Origin: a virus | Taxonomy: Duplodnaviria; Caudoviricetes | Direction: 5' to 3' (one strand) | Length of the DNA: 54,866 bases | Virus record (IMG/VR): IMGVR_UViG_3300043425_000164 | Coordinates: 1 to 54,866 of that record | Shown: in pieces, positions 9,534-19,178 of the stretch | How the letters are laid out: each line of letters starts with the position of its first letter | Numbering within the stretch: the stretch's first letter is position 1 | The notes under the pieces: generated by a model | What the model was told of the DNA's origin: nothing | What the model saw: the letters and a program-made list of their open reading frames with translations, nothing else | Databases searched by the model: none | Position numbers and translations under genes: made by a program

Positions 9534-10493
9534 TTAAGCTTTACCAGCTAAGGCAGTCGGGCCGCCAAGATAATACTTCAGACCAATACCAGCTAAACCG
9601 CCCACAGCAGAACCCCAGCCAGCGGAGCTTTGTGCATTTGCTTGTTGCTGAGCTGAGTATGCATTAACGTCAGCGTTATATTTCTGAACACCAAGCTGAC
9701 CAACCTGATTCCAGCCTTGCATTGCTCCACCATAAGTACTACCCATAGCGCCAGTCATAGCACCATAATTAGCCATGGGTACTTGACCGGACTGAAGAGC
9801 CTGATTGCCTGCACTTAGAGCTAAGCCAGTAGAAGTTGCTTGATTACCAAACTGACCTTGAGATAGAGCAATCGCATCCATCTTCTTAGCCCAGCCTAAC
9901 TGCTCAGCAGCAGTACGAGCACGAGTAGCAGCCGCAGAACCAACCGCAGCTTCCATAATTGCATTAGCATTTGCTGTAGAAGTCGCACGACCTGAAGTGG
10001 GGTCAATTCCAAAAGACTGTAAACGACGCTGCTCATCCGCTGCTTTAATACCAAACGCAGACTTTACATCACCCATAGCTTCAGCTGCAATACGCTCACG
10101 ATTAGCTTCGGTGTCATACTCTGCTGCTCGTTTATAAATATCTTGACGAAGAGGAGCGCCATACTGCTCAAACTCTTGCATGGTTTTCTTTGCAGATTCG
10201 ATCTGCATAGTTTGCAGTTCTCGGTCTAATGCAAATTGCTCATCAGCACGAATTTCTTGTTTTTCAGCCTGCTCCTTCATTTTAGGCCAAACTTCTGTTT
10301 TCCAAGATTCGAGATACTCTTTAGAAATAGCAGCTAATTCACGCTGAGCAATACCAATATTGGGGTCTGGTGCAGGAGCAGAACCACCGCCTCCGCTTTT
10401 ACCACCTTCTAGTGTCATACCACGGGCAAATGGCCCTTTACCCCTAGGCTGGAACGCCCGTTCGGGTAGCATGTCATCGTATCCAAGTCTCAT
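9534..10493 (-). CDS. DNA ejection/pilot protein (P22 gp7-like)
   Basis: Ala/Gln/Gly-rich; short leader followed by E-GGKSGGGG; hydrophobic Gly-rich C-terminus; start MRLGY overlaps the upstream stop. Confidence 0.65.
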   Translation of the reverse strand: MRLGYDDMLPERAFQPRGKGPFARGMTLEGGKSGGGGSAPAPDPNIGIAQRELAAISKEYLESWKTEVWPKMKEQAEKQEIRADEQFALDRELQTMQIESAKKTMQEFEQYGAPLRQDIYKRAAEYDTEANRERIAAEAMGDVKSAFGIKAADEQRRLQSFGIDPTSGRATSTANANAIMEAAVGSAAATRARTAAEQLGWAKKMDAIALSQGQFGNQATSTGLALSAGNQALQSGQVPMANYGAMTGAMGSTYGGAMQGWNQVGQLGVQKYNADVNAYSAQQQANAQSSAGWGSAVGGLAGIGLKYYLGGPTALAGKA

Positions 10494-10912
10494 CGTTTCA
10501 TCTCCAGCCAACGGCACTCTTCTTTAAGCATGCCATATAAAATTAAATTACTACCATCGTCTGCGCCACGTCTAATAAGTCCTTCTTTTTTAAACCCAAG
10601 GTGCTCATCAAAACGCTGTGCATCTAAATTGTCTTCCCTTACCAAACCACCTACACGGTGGCATTTCAATTGTATAAAAGGGTAAGCAAAACAACGATAT
10701 AGGTAATCTCGTGTCAACCATCTGCGCCCCGGTTCTGCCGCCACATGCATCATAATTGACGGGCCGGTATACAAATTAAACACAACACCTGCTATAAGCT
10801 CACCATCTTCTTCTAGCCCAATTGCCACAGCATCGCCAAATTCATCCTCATCGATTCTATAACCGACCCAAGGGATTACTCTATCTTCTTGGCCATAAAC
10901 GACTGTTTTCAT
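10490..10912 (-). CDS. GNAT-fold virion assembly protein
   Basis: N...RFDEHLGFKKEG GNAT motif; position just before the ejection genes is typical of podoviruses. Confidence 0.75.
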   Translation of the reverse strand: MKTVVYGQEDRVIPWVGYRIDEDEFGDAVAIGLEEDGELIAGVVFNLYTGPSIMMHVAAEPGRRWLTRDYLYRCFAYPFIQLKCHRVGGLVREDNLDAQRFDEHLGFKKEGLIRRGADDGSNLILYGMLKEECRWLEMKR

Positions 10913-10925
10913 TAGGTTAACTACC

Positions 10926-10954
10926 TATATACCACATATGCATCCTATTGTAAA
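10926..10954 (-). promoter_or_regulatory. sigma70-like promoter for the GNAT/ejection operon
   Basis: TTTACA-N17-TATATA on the minus strand in the intergenic gap. Confidence 0.5.
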
Positions 10955-11167
10955 TCACTGTCCGGACGCATTCAATCTAACAATTATTTCATTTATTTTT
11001 GCAACTACTTCCGTCAGTGTCGCCGCTGGATCTAGGGTACTAATTTCGCCAATACCAATACGAGCGCCATTGATTGTTTCTATGTTTTCCTTAATAGCAG
11101 CAATTGCCTGATTTAGAGTTCTATCAGGTGTGTTAACCGCAGGAATACCTGGTTTTCTAAAAGCCAT
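10955..11167 (-). CDS. Small virion-associated hypothetical protein
   Basis: Coupled to the nozzle gene stop; helical. Confidence 0.7.
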   Translation of the reverse strand: MAFRKPGIPAVNTPDRTLNQAIAAIKENIETINGARIGIGEISTLDPAATLTEVVAKINEIIVRLNASGQ

Positions 11168-12990
11168 TACGGAGCAACCTGTCTAAGTTCGCCAATTGAG
11201 CTAGCAATAGCTACCATACGGGTAGGGGTGTTTCCGGAAATAAGGATCTCATATACATACCCTTTTTGTAACGCTGGCAATCTTAATGGCTCCTGATTAA
11301 GTATGTCTCCCTGCCAGATTTGAACTCCATCAGCATACAAAATTACGTTTATATACCTCGTTGTACCGAGCGTAGGAATGTCTAATAAAAGGCTACCGTT
11401 AAAAGAAAACTGATTTATATAACCAGTATTAAACATACCTTCAACATTACCAGCATTTCCTATAAACAGCGCAGCATTTATGGCTTCTACATAAGCTACA
11501 TATGCGTTATAAGCATCTAAGTCATCCATAAATCCAAAGTCTGCTTGGACTTTAATTGCCGCAAAATTAGTAGGGTTTGGCATTACAAACTTTTTAGACA
11601 ACCACTCAAAAGTTGTAAAGTTAATATCAGAAGCATCTAGCTGATAAACGGTATTGTTTGTATTATCTACGGCAAAAATATCAGATGTGCTTCGATCTAC
11701 AAATACAGAACGAGCAGGAAAATCCAGATTAACAAGTGGAGGAATATCCCCCCTAGACAACACTAAGCCCGTACGCTTAATACCATCAGGCGAGTAAAAA
11801 CCCATGTACATATTGTTGTATATCATCCCAACCATTGTTTCGGGCTGGAGAGCTTGCCATTCGTCTCGGGTATAAAGAGGTACAGTAACAACGTCTTGGC
11901 TGCCAGAACCTAGGGAAACTAAGCCATTAGGAGATGCGTAAAGAACACCGTACTGGTCTGAAGCAATTGACTTTTTGGATACGCAAGGCTGTGGAATTGG
12001 CAGCTTCTGCTGTGTCATAGACGATGGCGAAACACCAGAAACTAAATAAGGAAACTTAGTCGTCAGTACAACAAGCGTTGTTTCATAAACACCAAGGCCA
12101 ACAATAGGGTAATCAACGGTTAGCGCATAAATATCTGGCCATGCATGAGGGTAATATGGCTCTGAAAAATATATCTGATTACCTTCAAACGCAGCCAAAA
12201 TACCATTAGGCATTGCCACTAAACCTTTTAGCCCGGTGGGGGGAGGTGTCCAATATAAAGAAGGCAATTCAGACCCAAGCTGGGTAACAGAAAGGCTGTC
12301 CACATAACTTGTTGTTGCAATCGGAATCTCAGCTACAAAGCTGTACACGACATTAGTAGCACCGGTAATTGTTCTATAAATACGACGGTGAGTGATGTTA
12401 TAACCGGTTGTGGGTGCCGCAGTAAAACCAGAAACCGTAACCGTTGCGCCGCCTGATGTACTAACAGTTACAGTAGCGGCAGGGCTAGGAGCAGATTCTT
12501 CTTTGACAGTTCCAAAAGTACTAACGTATGTATATACGTAAGCTCTAGTTTCATTAGGGGCTGCACCACTAGATGCAGCAAGAGTAGCAGCTCCTGTAGG
12601 AGCAGGGACACCCATATACAACCATGCATCAGGGAAAGGCCTTACACCGGTTCCGCTAGTCGTTGCTAATGCATAATTAGTCTTTTTAGGAGCTCCGTCG
12701 CCAGTGTAGTAATACCGAAATTCATTAATATCAGCTACTGGGCCGGGAACCATATCAACATCGGTAGCCCACTCTAACCAATATTTTTGCCCGCTAGGGC
12801 TATCGATACGATAAATAGTCTGGACGTTTGGTGTAGTCGGAACATACTCTAAAACAGGATCAGCCCACGACCGTAATTCCCTAGATTGGAGCTTTACGTT
12901 AAGTGCAGTTTGAGCTTGATTAGCCTCAATTTGGGTAGGGCCTGTCCTAGGAACAATTCCTGAGAAATCTTCGACCTTAATATATGGCAT
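11167..12990 (-). CDS. Tail nozzle / DNA stabilisation protein
   Basis: 607 aa, beta-rich; FSEPYYPHAWP and CVSKKSI motifs; position upstream of the ejection genes. Confidence 0.7.
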   Translation of the reverse strand: MPYIKVEDFSGIVPRTGPTQIEANQAQTALNVKLQSRELRSWADPVLEYVPTTPNVQTIYRIDSPSGQKYWLEWATDVDMVPGPVADINEFRYYYTGDGAPKKTNYALATTSGTGVRPFPDAWLYMGVPAPTGAATLAASSGAAPNETRAYVYTYVSTFGTVKEESAPSPAATVTVSTSGGATVTVSGFTAAPTTGYNITHRRIYRTITGATNVVYSFVAEIPIATTSYVDSLSVTQLGSELPSLYWTPPPTGLKGLVAMPNGILAAFEGNQIYFSEPYYPHAWPDIYALTVDYPIVGLGVYETTLVVLTTKFPYLVSGVSPSSMTQQKLPIPQPCVSKKSIASDQYGVLYASPNGLVSLGSGSQDVVTVPLYTRDEWQALQPETMVGMIYNNMYMGFYSPDGIKRTGLVLSRGDIPPLVNLDFPARSVFVDRSTSDIFAVDNTNNTVYQLDASDINFTTFEWLSKKFVMPNPTNFAAIKVQADFGFMDDLDAYNAYVAYVEAINAALFIGNAGNVEGMFNTGYINQFSFNGSLLLDIPTLGTTRYINVILYADGVQIWQGDILNQEPLRLPALQKGYVYEILISGNTPTRMVAIASSIGELRQVAP

Positions 12991-13007
12991 ACCCTACCCT
13001 TGGTTTA

Positions 13008-13226
13008 TTACTCAGCTGCTTCTTCAGCCTTGTCTTTGGCTTTTTTAGCAGCTTTAGGTTTATCTAGTGCTTCAATCATAACTTTACCCTCGGGGGTGAT
13101 TTCAAAAACACCGTCTTCGTTTGTCTTACCAACAAACACTCGGTTTTCTAAAATCCCGCAAATCAGATTACCTGCCACAATTTCTGCACCTAATTTCTTC
13201 TGCACTTCGTCAAATGTATATGCCAT
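13008..13226 (-). CDS. Hypothetical protein
   Basis: Strong SD AAGGAGAG. Confidence 0.75.
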   Translation of the reverse strand: MAYTFDEVQKKLGAEIVAGNLICGILENRVFVGKTNEDGVFEITPEGKVMIEALDKPKAAKKAKDKAEEAAE

Positions 13227-13247
13227 GCTTCTCTCCTTTTGGTTGAA

Positions 13248-13700
13248 CTAACTAAACATTCTAGTGCCTTTTGAGTCAATAATCAAAGCACTTCTCCTTG
13301 GGCGACCGTCAGCAGAATTAGGTACAGAAATATGCACCCATCCGCCGGGTTTGCCTTCTTCGTAGAATTCTTGAATTAACTGATCAAATGGGATTCCGCT
13401 AGCAATAACTAACTTACATACATCTCTAGGGGTCATCCCTGTAACACGAAAATCTGCCGCACAACCAAGCCTATGCTGGGACGTATCCCGACTGCCTATA
13501 GCGTCATTAACTAATTTAGACCTAAAGCCGGAAGTAATAATAATTGGCTGAAGCACTACGTCCCTAACCATTTCAAGCAAATGCGCAAGACGAGTCAGGT
13601 TCTGAACTTCTGCTTCATTAGGAGTATTGTCCCAGCCGCGTCTAGCCGCAGTTTCGGAAGCAGTTAGCTCTTCAAGAGTGAAGTGTCTAGTTAAATTCAC
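13248..13700 (-). CDS. Endolysin, peptidase M15A family
   Basis: HFTLEELT, ITSGFRS, SQHRLGCAAD and WVHIS zinc-peptidase motifs. Confidence 0.9.
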   Translation of the reverse strand: MNLTRHFTLEELTASETAARRGWDNTPNEAEVQNLTRLAHLLEMVRDVVLQPIIITSGFRSKLVNDAIGSRDTSQHRLGCAADFRVTGMTPRDVCKLVIASGIPFDQLIQEFYEEGKPGGWVHISVPNSADGRPRRSALIIDSKGTRMFS

Positions 13701-14161
13701 TTTTTCTCCAGCATCTTGTCTATAGCAGAATTCTTAGCCGCGCTACCTTGGGAGCTACCAAAATAGTACGAAATAATTTGGGTGGCAATCGCTGACAAAA
13801 CCCCCAAGACATAAATAAGTATATCTTTGCGGGTAGAGTCAATACTGCCGTCGTCAAACAAAACTAAGCCAAACAGAATAAAAGTCATCAGCAGCACAGA
13901 CGCTGCCAACACAGGGGTAATGATCTTATTAATTAAAGGCGCAACATCGCTAGTTACAATCTCTGCTTCCCGCTTACGGGCTGAGTCTACGTCTGCAGCA
14001 TAAATTTTAGCTAGCTCGGTATCATTAGCCATCTTAGCTAACTCGCCGTCATTCTGCATTTTTAAAAGCTCGTATTGCGCTTTTGCTCTTTGCTCTGGAT
14101 CAGGTAAAAACCTGTCAATTAGTTTACTACCAATATCTAGGATTGCTCCGATGGGGAACAT
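13697..14161 (-). CDS. Holin-like membrane protein
   Basis: Two transmembrane segments and YYFGSS motif; adjacent to the endolysin. Confidence 0.75.
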   Translation of the reverse strand: MFPIGAILDIGSKLIDRFLPDPEQRAKAQYELLKMQNDGELAKMANDTELAKIYAADVDSARKREAEIVTSDVAPLINKIITPVLAASVLLMTFILFGLVLFDDGSIDSTRKDILIYVLGVLSAIATQIISYYFGSSQGSAAKNSAIDKMLEKK

Positions 14162-14162
14162 A

Positions 14163-14366
14163 TTAACCCCCTATTTTGATATGCCCTACACCTGCAAAAT
14201 ATGTTACAAGGCTAATAGCTCCTAGGCCAACTACCCAAAAGAACTTCTTCACAATGGATTCACCCACCGAGATGTATACATTCTGAATAACTCTTTCAGT
14301 CACTCTTTCAACTAGATGCTCTAGTTGCTCATCAGTCAGCGGTATTTGCGGTTTCTGGCTGGACAT
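14163..14366 (-). CDS. Small membrane protein of the lysis cassette
   Basis: Single C-terminal transmembrane segment. Confidence 0.65.
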   Translation of the reverse strand: MSSQKPQIPLTDEQLEHLVERVTERVIQNVYISVGESIVKKFFWVVGLGAISLVTYFAGVGHIKIGG

Positions 14367-14374
14367 ACATACAC

Positions 14375-14734
14375 CTATTTTAAGTTGCGCAGTTTATAAA
14401 TCGTAGACAGATAAGTTTCTACTGCAGTATCAATAAGATTCTGAATAGGTGTGTCTGTCTTCTCAACCGCAGTATATCTGATCTTTTCAAGCATTCCAAG
14501 GTGTTTTTCAAGGATGTCTGCAATATCACCAGTATCGGACTCAGCTAGCATAGGAATCTTGCCAATCAAACCGTGGCGGCCTTGGTAAGCTTCTGCAATT
14601 GCGTCCGCATTGTCTATGATTTCGTCATAAAACGAACCTAAAGCCATATGTTGTGCATATGACTTAGTATTTAGATGCTCACGATGAGCAACTTCTCTGC
14701 TTAAAAACATAATAGCTATTAAACGCGCAATCAT
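14375..14734 (-). CDS. Ferritin/Dps-like four-helix protein (DUF5856-like)
   Basis: HREHLNTKSYAQHMALGSFY...D..AEAYQG...YKL pattern. Confidence 0.7.
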   Translation of the reverse strand: MIARLIAIMFLSREVAHREHLNTKSYAQHMALGSFYDEIIDNADAIAEAYQGRHGLIGKIPMLAESDTGDIADILEKHLGMLEKIRYTAVEKTDTPIQNLIDTAVETYLSTIYKLRNLK

Positions 14735-14919
14735 ACTGTTTCCTTTTGTTTGACTTTAATTACTGAGATATTTGTCCATTTATTCAAGGGACATTCAACC
14801 TTAGGTAAATAAACTTTTGCCTTCATGAAGCAGCCGCATATGCGGCACTTTGCAGAGAATGCGACAAACTGATCACATTGCTTGCATACCGCATAGCGTT
14901 TTTCAGCCCACTCAAACAT
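14731..14919 (-). CDS. Small Cys-rich metal-binding protein
   Basis: CxxC...CxxCGC...CP..KW. Confidence 0.7.
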   Translation of the reverse strand: MFEWAEKRYAVCKQCDQFVAFSAKCRICGCFMKAKVYLPKVECPLNKWTNISVIKVKQKETV

Positions 14920-14934
14920 TAACCATCAATCTCC

Positions 14935-15090
14935 TTACGCTGCTTCGGTTTCTTTAACTTCGACTACTGGGACATCCTGCCACTTACTTGTGTAACCCTG
15001 AGTGATGTTCACATACCTCAGCTGGAGGGTCTGCTCGCCGTTTGGATATTTGAGTACACGAAACTCAGGGGTTGCGCCTGGATAGATCAT
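14935..15090 (-). CDS. Hypothetical 51-aa protein (below the ORF-track cutoff)
   Basis: MIYPGATPEFRVLKY...; GGAG SD; ATGA overlap with the upstream stop; fills the operon gap. Confidence 0.7.
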   Translation of the reverse strand: MIYPGATPEFRVLKYPNGEQTLQLRYVNITQGYTSKWQDVPVVEVKETEAA

Positions 15091-15530
15091 TGGCTACTCC
15101 ACACCTCATCGGGTCTTGTAGGCCAGGTAATAAATCCTTCTTGCGGGTCTACTGCAATTGCCCGCAATGCACTGCGATAAGCCAGGAAGTCTGCTTGATT
15201 GGTCAGGTATGGATTACTAATTTGCGGATCGGCAATAGATTCAGTTGCCGTCCAATCTGATTCTTGTAGCAATCGAACCGCTTTTTCTTTGTTTTGTTCA
15301 GCGCTTGGCGGCACGATGGGTGGAACTGGCTCTGGTTCAAATTCAGCAATTTCACCGTACTCGCCAGCAATGCCGTTAGTCCAAATCTCGTGGATATGAG
15401 CATATGGGTCGGTTGCGTTAGCACTAGTAGGCATCTCTTCATTAAATTCTTCGTATTTAACAACGCAGGAAAATGAAGTGTGCTCTGCGTTATCCCACTG
15501 TAACTCTTTAACGTATTGAATAGTAAACAT
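15087..15530 (-). CDS. Tail fibre assembly chaperone
   Basis: LLQESDWT...YRSALRAI...WPTRP motif. Confidence 0.8.
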   Translation of the reverse strand: MFTIQYVKELQWDNAEHTSFSCVVKYEEFNEEMPTSANATDPYAHIHEIWTNGIAGEYGEIAEFEPEPVPPIVPPSAEQNKEKAVRLLQESDWTATESIADPQISNPYLTNQADFLAYRSALRAIAVDPQEGFITWPTRPDEVWSSQ

Positions 15531-15541
15531 GATTTCCCCTA

Positions 15542-16174
15542 TTAAGACACTCGGACTGCAGAAACAAAAAAGGTATATGTATATGTTTCTGATTCTCCGT
15601 TATAGCAGGCATAACCACCCGGGGAATTATGTAAAATTCTATAAGTTCCTGATAATGCCGTTGTGCCACCCGGAGCTTGGTATCCTGTGCTTCCTGAAGT
15701 TGTTCTATATGTATATGCACCATACCCACCATTAATGCTAGTTCTTGGAGTTCCCGCACCGCCTTCAATTTGGAATCCACCACCATAATTACAGCCAACG
15801 GCAGTAAGATTGCTTACATATCTAAGGGTGCTACCACTTACTGTGCTTCCAGCCGCTATATTTGAAGTGCTTGCATAAAGATACATTCCCGACAGCCCAA
15901 TAGCATTAAGATCTGTTGTAGTAATTGCACCTGTTTGTCCGTTAAGGGAGGTGACACCGCCACCTGATGCGGAAATAGTAACCCCACCCGTCGAAGCTGA
16001 CACTGAAATACCAGAGCCCGCAGTTACGGAAGTAACCCCAGTGTTGGTAATAGTTGGTGTCTTACCACCAGCTACAGAAATACCTGTCCCCGCAGAAACA
16101 GAGGTAACTCCTGACGTAGTTTGTGTAGTGGCGTCGTTAAACGTTAGAGTTGTATTATTAATTGATACTGGCAT
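15542..16174 (-). CDS. Tail fibre / receptor-binding protein (short)
   Basis: GVTSVxAGxGISV repeats and VTSLNGQTG motif; followed by a chaperone gene. Confidence 0.7.
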   Translation of the reverse strand: MPVSINNTTLTFNDATTQTTSGVTSVSAGTGISVAGGKTPTITNTGVTSVTAGSGISVSASTGGVTISASGGGVTSLNGQTGAITTTDLNAIGLSGMYLYASTSNIAAGSTVSGSTLRYVSNLTAVGCNYGGGFQIEGGAGTPRTSINGGYGAYTYRTTSGSTGYQAPGGTTALSGTYRILHNSPGGYACYNGESETYTYTFFVSAVRVS

Positions 16175-16189
16175 GTATTTACTCCTAAA

Positions 16190-16699
16190 TTAAGGCGCGG
16201 CTGTAATTGTGCCGTCACTAGCAATTTGAGCTATGGTGACACTGTTGTACTGAAAAGCTAAATTTGAACCTACTTGGACTATTTTAAAATTCGCCCCTAC
16301 ATTATAAGTATTGCTACCTGTAAATGTGTTATTTCCACTGAAAGTATTGTTTCCACTGAAAGTATTGTTTCCACTGAAAGTATTGTTTGCATCTAACTGA
16401 GCAAAATTGTTAAATATAGCCGCCACCGGGCGCATTGCAAAACCAGAACCTGCATTAAATGGCAATGGATTAGTGCCGTCTTGGGCTCGAACTACAGTTA
16501 ATGTATCTGTAGCCCTAGCAGTAACTTTAACAATCTCATAGTTCCCTACGTTATCAAACAAAGTACCGTAGAAGTAATTACTGCCGGTGGGCAGTGGGAA
16601 AGTATTGCCTAAACCAGCGGCTAGAACAATCGTAGTATCAGTATTAGTGATACTAGCTGCTATAGTCGCTGTGGCATTATTTTTAAATAGTGCTGGCAT
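16190..16699 (-). CDS. Tail fibre-associated structural protein
   Basis: EIVKVTARATDTLTVVRAQDGT motif; NNTFSG repeats. Confidence 0.7.
   Translation of the reverse strand: MPALFKNNATATIAASITNTDTTIVLAAGLGNTFPLPTGSNYFYGTLFDNVGNYEIVKVTARATDTLTVVRAQDGTNPLPFNAGSGFAMRPVAAIFNNFAQLDANNTFSGNNTFSGNNTFSGNNTFTGSNTYNVGANFKIVQVGSNLAFQYNSVTIAQIASDGTITAAP
16324..16388. repeat. 18-bp tandem repeat (about 3.5 copies) encoding NNTFSG
   Basis: gtattgtttccactgaaa is repeated. Confidence 0.9.
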
Positions 16700-18699
16700 T
16701 ATTTACCTACCTTTGACTTTAGTTCTTCAACTTGGGCAGCCAAGTCTTTCATGCCTTCAACCAACAAACCGAGTAAGTTACCATAAGCAACCGATAAATC
16801 TCCGGTAGGAGCGACTACTACGGCTTCTGGTACGACTTTCTGTACATCTTGAGCACTTAAACCGGTACCGGCTAAGCCGGAGTCTTTCCATTTGTAGTTA
16901 ATACCACGGAGTTGCTTAATCTTAGCTAGGGCATCCGTAATAATTGTAATTTCGTCTTTTAGGCGTTCATCAGAAGTTGCCGAGAAAACTGTTGCACTAG
17001 CAGTTCCGGTTGAAGGATTATAAGTAAGCTTAGTGCTTGATGTATTTACAGCAGTTAATGTGCCGCTTGTTACATCATCAAACAGAATATAACGGGTTGC
17101 ATTAGTTGTGGTGTCATCTGTAATTGATGCACCAGTAACTGTGCTACTAATTGTTACTCCACCAGTACTAGCAGATACACTGATACCTGTTCCAGCAGTG
17201 ACAGAAGTTACACCAGCGTTATTAATAGTAATTGCGGCAGAACCGTTATAAGTTGTTCCAGCACTATAAGAAATACCTGTACCGGCTGTTAATGCATTAG
17301 CAACACTTCCTGCAGACCCTGTTGTGTTTTGATTTAAGGTTGGGACATCGGCTGCTTGGATAGCAGACATTACAACGTCCGTGCCATTACCACGTAGATA
17401 TTGACCTGAAGTAACTGCACCAGCCAAAGCGTCCATAGCATCTTGACGTGTTGTAGCCCCAGTTCCGCCGTTAGCAATAGCCACGGTGCCGGTTACGTTT
17501 GAGGCTGTGCCGGTAGTATTTTGATTAAGAGTTGGAATGTCTGCTGCGACAATAGCTCTAAATGTTGGTACCCCAGCTGACCCATTCGGAGCAGCCAAAA
17601 AGTTATTAGCCGTTTTACTTGCGTATGGGTTTTGTGTATCACCATATCCGGAAGCAAGGCTAATTGCAGGAGTTGCGCCACCGCTCGATGTCACAGGGCT
17701 TGTGCCAGTTACAGATGTAACACCAGTATTGGCAATAGTTACTGAACCTGCTCCATTAGTTACAGAGACGCCCGTTCCGGCAGTAATGCTTGCATTTTTC
17801 CATACACCAATTGGGCTTGTAGTGGCGTCATAAATTAATACATTACCGCTAATCGGGGTTGTAATTCGAACATCATGCAGTTCGTCTAATTCGTAGCCGT
17901 TGTCAATTTTTACGTAGATAGAACCTACGATATTATCTACCCGCTCGACCCAACCCAAAACTACTAGCTGTTGCGGAGCTTGGGGTTTGGTTGTAGTAAT
18001 CGCACCAGCAGTTGTGGGCGATAAATAAACAGTCGCACCGGCTACAAGGGCAGATGTATCTAACTTGTAAAGGGCGCCCGATACGATGATGAAGCCCTCT
18101 GCACCGTTAGCTATGGTTTCAGCAACCAATCCAATCGTGCCAAATGAAGTCGCTTCTACATCGGCTCTAGCCAATTTTACGGCTACTCGGTTACCTTGTG
18201 CGCCTGAAATATAAACTACTTGACCACGGGTAAGGGTTGTACCGCTATCATTAAACACCCGTGCCAACTCTTGCGTACCGACTTGCAAATTGACATTGCC
18301 GCCTTTAAGAGCAACGGTCGGCACTCCATCGCCATCATCCCAAGACATTGTGCCTACGGTTGTGGGTACGGTTGCAGGGGTAGTATCTAATCCAAGTGAA
18401 TTGGCGTTAATGATATTGCCATTATCGTCAAGAGTGACGGTAGAATTTTGAATTAATTTACCGGTCGTACCATCAAAACGGGTAATCGCGTTATCTGTAG
18501 ATGAAGTAGGGCCAGATACTACGGCTGGATTTACAGGGACACTTAGGTTTCTAGAATCTCCGGTACCAGTAATAGTAACCGAGGCATCTGTAGACGTAAG
18601 TGTCTCTATCTTAGCCGAGTTAAGATTTGTAAAGTTGGTATCGACCTCGTTATTAGTTAACGGCGATCCTTTACCAGCACGAGTAACAATGGTAGTCAA
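16699..18699 (-). CDS. Long tail fibre with C-terminal intramolecular chaperone (peptidase S74-like)
   Basis: Thr/Gly-rich repeats; TSDERLK cleavage motif followed by a coiled coil; TTG start. Confidence 0.85.
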   Translation of the reverse strand: MTTIVTRAGKGSPLTNNEVDTNFTNLNSAKIETLTSTDASVTITGTGDSRNLSVPVNPAVVSGPTSSTDNAITRFDGTTGKLIQNSTVTLDDNGNIINANSLGLDTTPATVPTTVGTMSWDDGDGVPTVALKGGNVNLQVGTQELARVFNDSGTTLTRGQVVYISGAQGNRVAVKLARADVEATSFGTIGLVAETIANGAEGFIIVSGALYKLDTSALVAGATVYLSPTTAGAITTTKPQAPQQLVVLGWVERVDNIVGSIYVKIDNGYELDELHDVRITTPISGNVLIYDATTSPIGVWKNASITAGTGVSVTNGAGSVTIANTGVTSVTGTSPVTSSGGATPAISLASGYGDTQNPYASKTANNFLAAPNGSAGVPTFRAIVAADIPTLNQNTTGTASNVTGTVAIANGGTGATTRQDAMDALAGAVTSGQYLRGNGTDVVMSAIQAADVPTLNQNTTGSAGSVANALTAGTGISYSAGTTYNGSAAITINNAGVTSVTAGTGISVSASTGGVTISSTVTGASITDDTTTNATRYILFDDVTSGTLTAVNTSSTKLTYNPSTGTASATVFSATSDERLKDEITIITDALAKIKQLRGINYKWKDSGLAGTGLSAQDVQKVVPEAVVVAPTGDLSVAYGNLLGLLVEGMKDLAAQVEELKSKVGK

Positions 18700-18725
18700 A
18701 ATCTACCCCTTTATCCGTTTGTTTC

Positions 18726-19169
18726 TTACGAAATTGTAACAGTCCAGGTGATGCTCATCGCATCATCAACACCTTTATTTACAACTGCAAATACTGTACG
18801 GCATAACATTGTTCCGGCTACGCCTGCGTTGAAAATACCTGCTTCAACAACAGCACCGGTACCTGTGCCTGCTGGGAAAGTAGCAGTATAAGTAACAACG
18901 TTAGTAGCAGCAGAAGCGCCAGCTAAAGCAACACGGCCTAGCTCAGAACCTAAAGCGGTATCGCCAGCTGCTGCTGGGGTGTTATTAGATCCGATAGCCA
19001 TGTGGCTCATAACGGCGGCAGAAGTGCCGACCATACGAGATGCGACAAAGTTCTTACCTACGGTAACAACTAGGTTTTTAAATTCACGTTCCTCTTTTAC
19101 CTTACCATCAGCACCGGTAACAACGACTCGCAAGGAGCCGGAGGCTTTTAAGTTTTCAGTTGCGTTCAT
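18726..19169 (-). CDS. Virion structural protein (tail-associated)
   Basis: NLVVTVG...TALGSEL...EAGIFN...L pattern. Confidence 0.65.
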   Translation of the reverse strand: MNATENLKASGSLRVVVTGADGKVKEEREFKNLVVTVGKNFVASRMVGTSAAVMSHMAIGSNNTPAAAGDTALGSELGRVALAGASAATNVVTYTATFPAGTGTGAVVEAGIFNAGVAGTMLCRTVFAVVNKGVDDAMSITWTVTIS

Positions 19170-19178
19170 TACAGCTCC

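Noticed and set aside
15542-18699. Diversity-generating retroelement acting on the fibre genes
   Set aside because: No reverse transcriptase, and no template/variable repeat pair differing only at adenines, was seen.
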